Positions 58,494 through 64,000 of a stretch of 64,000 bases of DNA are shown here, one piece after another (the first letter of the stretch is position 1; every line of letters begins with the position of its first letter). The notes beneath the pieces were generated by a model. It saw nothing but the letters and a program-made list of their open reading frames with translations, was not told where the DNA came from and ran no database searches. Origin of the DNA: Candidatus Latescibacterota bacterium (GTDB taxonomy: Bacteria; Latescibacterota; UBA2968); NCBI GenBank assembly GCA_965204745.1, contig OZ242010.1, positions 896,001 through 960,000 of the forward strand, in the 5' to 3' direction. A program made the translations under genes and the position numbers.

Positions 58494-60689
58494 ATGACCA
58501 ATAATTCTCATACCGCCGAACGGCTCACCCCGTTGCATCGCATCAAACTGTTGCTTCTAGCGGGGTTGATCGCCTTGGGTACTTTTGTGCAGTGCGGGCA
58601 ACCCGAACCCGAACCCGTGTCCGAGCCAGCGTCGGCGTCGCGGCCCAAGTACACCGGCGACCTTCCACAGTTGCAGGAACGCGGGGCCTTGCGCGTGATC
58701 GTGCGCCCGGATCCGATCAGCCACATGCCTCGTCGGGCAGAGCCGGTGACCCTGAACCACGACATCGCCAATGGCCTGGCAGAAGCCTTTAAGGTGAAGT
58801 TGGAACTCGTCAATGCCGAGAATTACGCGCAGATGATCGACAAACTCCTCGAAGGTGAGGGCGACATCATCGCCGCCAGCTTGACCGTGACGCCAGAGCG
58901 CGAACAGGTCGGGGCGTTTTCCGTGCCCTATCTGTACGTGGATGAGTACTTGATAACAGCAACCGGGGACAGCCTGCCGCAGACCATAGACGAACTCGCG
59001 GGCATGGTAATCAGCGTGCGGCAGACGAGTTCGTATCATCAAACCCTAGTTGATATTCAGAAGCGCGTCCCGTCTTTGACCATCCACGCCGCGCCCGAAT
59101 CGCTCAGCACCACAGCGCTGATCGACGGCGTCGCGCACGGCAAATTCACCGCGACCGTCTCCGACGCCCACATCTGGCAAGCCGTGTCCAGCTATTACGA
59201 CAGGTTGGCGACCCCACTCGTGCTGGCTGAAAATCGCCCCATCGCCCTGATGATGCGGCCCGGCGATGTGAAGCTCAAAGAAAAGGTGGATGAGTTCCTG
59301 CTCGCATACCAGTTCACGCGCCATCGGCAACAGACATTTGACGACGACCTGAGCGGCCTGAAAAAACGCCGGCGGTTGCGGATGATCACGCGCAACAATG
59401 CCATGACCTATTTTATCTACCGCGGCCAGCAAGTGGGCTTTGAATACGAACTCATGAAAAAATTCGCGTCCGAACACGACTTGCGCCTCGAAATCGTCAT
59501 TCCAGACAGCCATGCCGAACTGCTCTCGTACTTGAACGCGGGCAAGGGCGACGTCGTGGCCGTGGCAATGACCATCACCGAAGAACGGCAAGCGCAGGCC
59601 GCATTTACCCTGCCCTACAACGAGGTGGAAGAACTGGTGGTGGTGCGCGAAGAGGACCATTCAATTACCAGCTTGAAGGATTTGGCCGGGAGAACCGTCC
59701 ATGTGCGCGAGAGCTCTTCGTTTCACACCACCCTGACCGCGTTGCAAAATTCTATCGGCGGCCTCGAGATCGCGGCGGTTGCCGACCATATTGAAACCGA
59801 AGATATTTTGGCCGGGGTGGAAGCGGGCAAATACGATATTACGCTGTGCGACTCCAATTTGCTCGACGTGGAACGCGCTTATGGCCGCCGCCTCAAAGCC
59901 GCCTTCAGCATCAAACCCACCGCGTTGGGCTGGGCCGTGCGAAAGGACAATCCGGAATTGCTGGCCGCACTCGATCAATACATCGCACGCGAAAAAGGCG
60001 GTTTGTTTTTCAACATGATGAAAAAGCGGTATTTTCAGAACAAACGCGCAGTCGCCAGAGCCAAGGATTCCCTGCGGGTCGATCTGGGCGGGAAGTTGTC
60101 GCCTTATGACGACCTCGTCAAAAAGTACGCGTACCAATACGGGCAGGACTGGCGGTTGACCACCGCGCAGATGTACCAGGAATCCAAATTCGATCCCAAA
60201 GCCGTCAGTTGGGTCGGCGCGCAGGGCCTGATGCAGGTGATGCCGAGAACGGGCCGGCAGTTGGGATTCACCAAACTTTACGAACCCCACGAGAGCATCC
60301 ACGCGGGCGTGAAGTACATGCATCAACTCATCAACCGGTTCGATCACAACTTGCCAATGGACGAGCGGATTCGCTTCGCGCTGGCTTCGTACAATGTCGG
60401 GTACGGTCATGTGCTCGACGCCCGCCGCTTGGCGCGAGAAAAGGGATGGAATGCGGACCGCTGGTTCGGTCATGTGGAACGGGCCATGCGCCTGCTCTCC
60501 CAACCCGCTTACTACAAACGGGCGCGATACGGCTTTTGCCGCGGCAACCAACCCGTACACTACGTCGAGAACATCCAGAGTTTTTACGACGCGTATGTCG
60601 AAATCCTGAGCACGACCACGCCCACAACTCTGCCCCTCGTCGCGGGCTTCATCGGACGCCCATCCGCTATAACGCAACCGCATCGCTGA
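58494..60689 (+). CDS. mltF: MltF-like lytic transglycosylase with two SBP domains
   Basis: Two family-3 SBP-like repeats; QES.FDP, GAQGLMQ, ALASYNVG.GH. Confidence 0.88.
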   Translation: MTNNSHTAERLTPLHRIKLLLLAGLIALGTFVQCGQPEPEPVSEPASASRPKYTGDLPQLQERGALRVIVRPDPISHMPRRAEPVTLNHDIANGLAEAFKVKLELVNAENYAQMIDKLLEGEGDIIAASLTVTPEREQVGAFSVPYLYVDEYLITATGDSLPQTIDELAGMVISVRQTSSYHQTLVDIQKRVPSLTIHAAPESLSTTALIDGVAHGKFTATVSDAHIWQAVSSYYDRLATPLVLAENRPIALMMRPGDVKLKEKVDEFLLAYQFTRHRQQTFDDDLSGLKKRRRLRMITRNNAMTYFIYRGQQVGFEYELMKKFASEHDLRLEIVIPDSHAELLSYLNAGKGDVVAVAMTITEERQAQAAFTLPYNEVEELVVVREEDHSITSLKDLAGRTVHVRESSSFHTTLTALQNSIGGLEIAAVADHIETEDILAGVEAGKYDITLCDSNLLDVERAYGRRLKAAFSIKPTALGWAVRKDNPELLAALDQYIAREKGGLFFNMMKKRYFQNKRAVARAKDSLRVDLGGKLSPYDDLVKKYAYQYGQDWRLTTAQMYQESKFDPKAVSWVGAQGLMQVMPRTGRQLGFTKLYEPHESIHAGVKYMHQLINRFDHNLPMDERIRFALASYNVGYGHVLDARRLAREKGWNADRWFGHVERAMRLLSQPAYYKRARYGFCRGNQPVHYVENIQSFYDAYVEILSTTTPTTLPLVAGFIGRPSAITQPHR

Positions 60690-60708
60690 GTGACGCGGTT
60701 GACCTATC

Positions 60709-60757
60709 AAAAAAAATGAGAGGTTGCGACGAACTCGAGCGCGACCTCTCATTTTTA
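60709..60757. terminator. Bidirectional terminator after mltF
   Basis: AAAATGAGAGGT/ACCTCTCATTTT. Confidence 0.7.
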
Positions 60758-60790
60758 AGTTACTGACCACTTGGGCGGCGATGGGCGGGG

Positions 60791-60846
60791 ACTGACCACT
60801 GACCACTGACCACTGACCACTGACCACTGACCACTGACCACTGACC
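60791..60846 (+). repeat. Heptamer array (ACTGACC)x8
   Basis: Preceded by TTGGGCGGCGATGGGCGGGG, identical to the flank of the 56092 array. Confidence 0.95.
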
Positions 60847-60904
60847 ACTTGTTTCTTGCCTCTCCCCTCTTGCGTCTCCCCTCTTGTATCTTGGAAGTAA
60901 GGGT

Positions 60905-61085
60905 TAATTAGGAGTTGCGCCCTCGTATCGAGATAAGCCATCTTGATGCCCGGCTCGGGGAAGGCCGGCCCCTCTTGAAGGCGATGACCTTGTAGGTAAG
61001 ATAGGCCCCCCGACCGCCGGGTCTATGCCGAAGAGTATCTAAGTCCCTTGAGGCTGCATATACAAGACCGGTAGACTTGGCGTCA
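60905..61085 (+). ncRNA. Candidate IS110 bridge RNA
   Basis: 5' hairpin, then a loop matching the target, then a loop matching the donor (see findings). Ends are approximate. Confidence 0.65.
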
Positions 61086-61149
61086 ATGGTCGGGATCGAA
61101 CTCGAGCGCACACCAGACCCCTTACAACCCCTCATCACAGGAGGCCCCC

Positions 61150-62157
61150 ATGTCGAAATCTCAACCCGCTTTCGCCGGCATTGATGTCAGTGCCCGCACG
61201 TTGTCTGTTGCCCTGTCCAGACCCGGACAAGCTGTCATGCAAGCGACCTTTGCCAATGATCCCCAAGCCCATAAGCGGTTGCTGAAGTGGCTCACCAAGG
61301 GCGGGCACATGGTCTCTGTGTGCCTCGAAGCGACCGGGCTTTACAGCTTGGGGGTGGCCTTGGCCTTGCATCGGCATCGCCACACAAAGGTCATGGTCGT
61401 CAATCCCAAAGCGATGAGCAAGTACGGTCAAGCCCGCATGCAACGAGCCAAGACGGATGCGAAGGATGCGTTGTTGATCATGGATTATGCCGAGCGCATG
61501 CCGTTTGTGCCTTGGCAAGCGCCGAGTGAGCAACGGCTTCAACTGCAAGCCCTCACCAGACGCATTGACCAACTCAAGCAGGTGATCATCAGTGAACAGA
61601 GCCGCAACCACGCGCAAAGCTACCACATCCTGAGCACACGGCGCATCGCACGCGATATTCAGGTGAATATTCGACACCTCAAACGCCGGATTGCATACTT
61701 GGAAGACCAAGCCCTCGATCTCGTTTTGCACGATGAGACCCTCAAGCGCGCCTACCAACGCCTCTGCTCGACGCCTGGCATCGCACAAACGAGCGCCTTG
61801 CGGCTCTTGGCCGAGTTGACCCTTTTGCCTGAGGAGATGCAACCGCCCCAGTGGGTCGCACATGCAGGCCTGGATCCCAAACCCAAACAATCCGGAACCG
61901 CCAACCCACAAAGACGCATCTCGAAAACCGGGAATAAGTACCTCCGCCATGCCCTCTATATGCCTGCCTGGGTGGCCATCAGACACGAAGTCCATGTCAA
62001 AGCCTTCTATGACCAACTCATTGCCCGCGGCAAGAAACCTTTGCAGGCTATCGTTGCGGTGATGCGAAAGTTGCTCCATTCAATCTGGGGCATGTTGCGG
62101 CATGACCAAGATTTTGAGGGCGAGAAATTCTATCGAATCGCCCCGCAATCCCCTTGA
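61150..62157 (+). CDS. IS110 family DEDD recombinase/transposase
   Basis: GIDVS, LEATG, AKTDAKDA, TPGI, QSG, SKTGNKYLR, AVMRKL. Confidence 0.95.
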   Translation: MSKSQPAFAGIDVSARTLSVALSRPGQAVMQATFANDPQAHKRLLKWLTKGGHMVSVCLEATGLYSLGVALALHRHRHTKVMVVNPKAMSKYGQARMQRAKTDAKDALLIMDYAERMPFVPWQAPSEQRLQLQALTRRIDQLKQVIISEQSRNHAQSYHILSTRRIARDIQVNIRHLKRRIAYLEDQALDLVLHDETLKRAYQRLCSTPGIAQTSALRLLAELTLLPEEMQPPQWVAHAGLDPKPKQSGTANPQRRISKTGNKYLRHALYMPAWVAIRHEVHVKAFYDQLIARGKKPLQAIVAVMRKLLHSIWGMLRHDQDFEGEKFYRIAPQSP

Positions 62158-62291
62158 CCTTTAAGAGAGTATCTTACCTCTCCCGTCTTCCGTCTCACCT
62201 TTTACCACTGCCCGCCTTTGAACGGGCTATCGCCAGTTGTACCCCTTTTGTGCCTTTTGTGCCTTTTGTGGCTAAACTTTCATCTCACCTT

Positions 62292-63290
62292 TTACCGCTC
62301 TTGCACCAATTTCTCGAACTCTGAAGTCATCTTTTCCACGAACCCATCCTCTCGGCGCACGATCATAAACGCGGCCAAGCCGCGGGCTTCTGCAAATGCA
62401 AATCCCCTTTCCGGCCCCATCACGTTGATCGCCGTCGCCAAGCCATCCGCGTACAGGCAACTCGGATGCACCACGGACACGGACGCCAAGCCGTGCGTAA
62501 TCGGTCGGCCCGTGCGCGGGTCAAGGGTATGCGAATACCGCACCCCATCGCGTTCAAAATAATTGTGGTAATCCCCAGACGTCGCCAACGACATGTTTTT
62601 CAGTGCCAGCACCTTTTGCAACGCGCCCGGTTCTGTGGGACTCGCAATGCCGACCCGCCAGCGTTGGCCGAGGTGATTGCGTCCCTTGGTCCGCAACTCG
62701 CCGCCGATTTCGATAAAATAGCCATCCACGCCCAAACTATCCAAATAGCTCGCCACGCGGTCCACGCCAAAGCCCTTGGCTATCGCAGACAAATCGCAAT
62801 AAACCCCACCCACCTCTTTTTTGATCGCAGACGCAGACCGATCCACGCGAACCTTCTCGTAGCCCACCCGCGCTTTGCGTGCGGCTATCGAATCCGGCGG
62901 TGGCACGCGGTTCGGGATGGCGTTTGGGCCAAAGCCCCACAAATTGACCAATGGCCCAACTGTGACGTCAAACGCGCCATCGGACCAAGTGCTGATTTGA
63001 TGGGCAACGCGCAAAACCCGCGCAAAGTCCGGCGAGACGCGCACCCAGTTAGTCGAGCGCGAACGATTAAAGCGGCTGATCTCCGAATCCTTTCGATACG
63101 TGGACATCTGCCGGTTCACCTCGTCCAACCGCGCATCGATCTCCCGCGCCAATACCCGTGCGTCCAACGCGACCTCATCCCGCGCGATCTTCACCTGAAA
63201 CGTCGTCCCCATTGTCGAACCCGAGATCGCCATGAACGGCTCATCGCATCCGGCGAGGACAACCATCAAGATTGAAACCACCCAGCGCAT
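62292..63290 (-). CDS. apbE: FAD:protein FMN transferase lipoprotein
   Basis: LAGC lipobox, TMGT, DLSAIAKG, IGGE, ATSGDY, SHTLDPRTG, ADGLAT. Confidence 0.95.
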   Translation of the reverse strand: MRWVVSILMVVLAGCDEPFMAISGSTMGTTFQVKIARDEVALDARVLAREIDARLDEVNRQMSTYRKDSEISRFNRSRSTNWVRVSPDFARVLRVAHQISTWSDGAFDVTVGPLVNLWGFGPNAIPNRVPPPDSIAARKARVGYEKVRVDRSASAIKKEVGGVYCDLSAIAKGFGVDRVASYLDSLGVDGYFIEIGGELRTKGRNHLGQRWRVGIASPTEPGALQKVLALKNMSLATSGDYHNYFERDGVRYSHTLDPRTGRPITHGLASVSVVHPSCLYADGLATAINVMGPERGFAFAEARGLAAFMIVRREDGFVEKMTSEFEKLVQER

Positions 63291-63302
63291 TTCGCATCTC
63301 GC

Positions 63303-63338
63303 AAAAAAAAGCGGAGCCCGGCGCGCCGGCACTCCGCT
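63303..63338 (-). terminator. Terminator-like hairpin between nqrF and apbE
   Basis: Minus strand GCGGAG/CTCCGC stem + T-run. Confidence 0.6.
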
Positions 63339-63361
63339 CGTCGTGTTGGTCTATGACGACA

Positions 63362-64000
63362 CTAGCCGCCAAAATCGTCGAACAAAACGTTCTCGGGCTC
63401 CACGCCCAAATCGTCTAACATGTTCAGACAAGCCGTGAGCATCAGCGGAGGGCCGCAAATATAATATTCGCAATCCTCGGGCGCGGGGTGATCTTTCAAA
63501 TACTCATCGTAGAGCACTTGGTGAATAAACCCGGTCAGGCCCGTCCAATTGTCTTCTGGCATGGGGTCGGACAGCGCGACATGCCAGGTGAAGTTGTCAA
63601 AATCGCGCTGCAACCCGTCGAAATCATCCACGTAAAACATCTCGTTCAAACTGCGCGCGCCGTACCAGAAGGTGACTTTGCGATCTGTGCCAATGCGTTT
63701 GAATTGATCAAAAATATGCGACCGCATGGGCGCCATGCCCGCGCCGCCGCCAATGAAAATCATCTCCGCGGGTGTATCTTTGGCAAAAAACTCGCCGTAA
63801 GGCCCCGAGATGGTCACATCATCGCCGGGTTTCAAATTGAAGGTCCACGACGACATCTTGCCCGGCGGAATGCCCGTCGTGCCCGGCGGCGGAGACGCCA
63901 CGCGGATGTTGAGCATGATGACCCCTTTTTCCTCGGGGTAATTCGCCATGGAATACGCGCGAAAAACCGGCTCATCCACCGTGGAAATATTGTCCCACAC
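63362..64000 (-). CDS. nqrF: Na+-translocating NADH:quinone reductase subunit F (C-terminal part; starts beyond the window)
   Basis: [44 protein letters not shown]. Confidence 0.95.
   Translation of the reverse strand: MWDNISTVDEPVFRAYSMANYPEEKGVIMLNIRVASPPPGTTGIPPGKMSSWTFNLKPGDDVTISGPYGEFFAKDTPAEMIFIGGGAGMAPMRSHIFDQFKRIGTDRKVTFWYGARSLNEMFYVDDFDGLQRDFDNFTWHVALSDPMPEDNWTGLTGFIHQVLYDEYLKDHPAPEDCEYYICGPPLMLTACLNMLDDLGVEPENVLFDDFGG

Larger units (their letters stand above)
60893..62175 (+). mobile_element. Complete IS110-family element
   Basis: GTATCTT present at both junctions (60886-60892, 62169-62175); long left non-coding end, very short right end. Confidence 0.9.

Noticed and set aside
60922-60929. 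CTCGTATC as the IS110 left target guide
   Set aside because: Most of it lies in the GTATCGAGAT/ATCTTGATGC stem; longer matches exist in the next loop. Not fully excluded.
62154-62175. IS110 junction promoter
   Set aside because: TTGACC is present at the right end, but no convincing -10 forms at 16-18 nt in the reconstructed circle.

Overview
A 64 kb, fairly GC-rich chromosomal window from a diderm bacterium. An FCB-superphylum affiliation (e.g. Latescibacterota/Gemmatimonadota-like) is inferred from the PorV-like, GWxTD and Bacteroidetes-type bS22 genes, not verified. Most genes are housekeeping or envelope genes (glgP, rpiA, era, hemL, hemB, folE2, ftsY, obgE, rpsU, ychF-like, mltF, apbE, nqrF, two tRNA-Arg). 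The intergenic DNA is dense with repeats: polar ACTGACN heptamer arrays, GTAG-type REP composites, CCCC..GGGG hairpin MITEs and a ~65 bp IS-end-like element. Accessory elements are an intact IS701-like element, an intact IS110 plus two remnants, an Rpn gene with an internal start, a PLD-ATPase and a PHP-ATPase + Schlafen/AlbA pair. The most unexplained signal is 3940-4660. It has no long ORF and holds promoter/hairpin/terminator units with exactly complementary loops (TCCCTCCCGAT vs ATCGGGAGGGA) around a 54-aa ORF, which suggests a small-RNA circuit. Next are the IS110 left-end RNA, whose segments match its own target and donor, and the heptamer arrays that grow from a fixed G-rich flank. All calls are by eye from motifs; no database searches were run.
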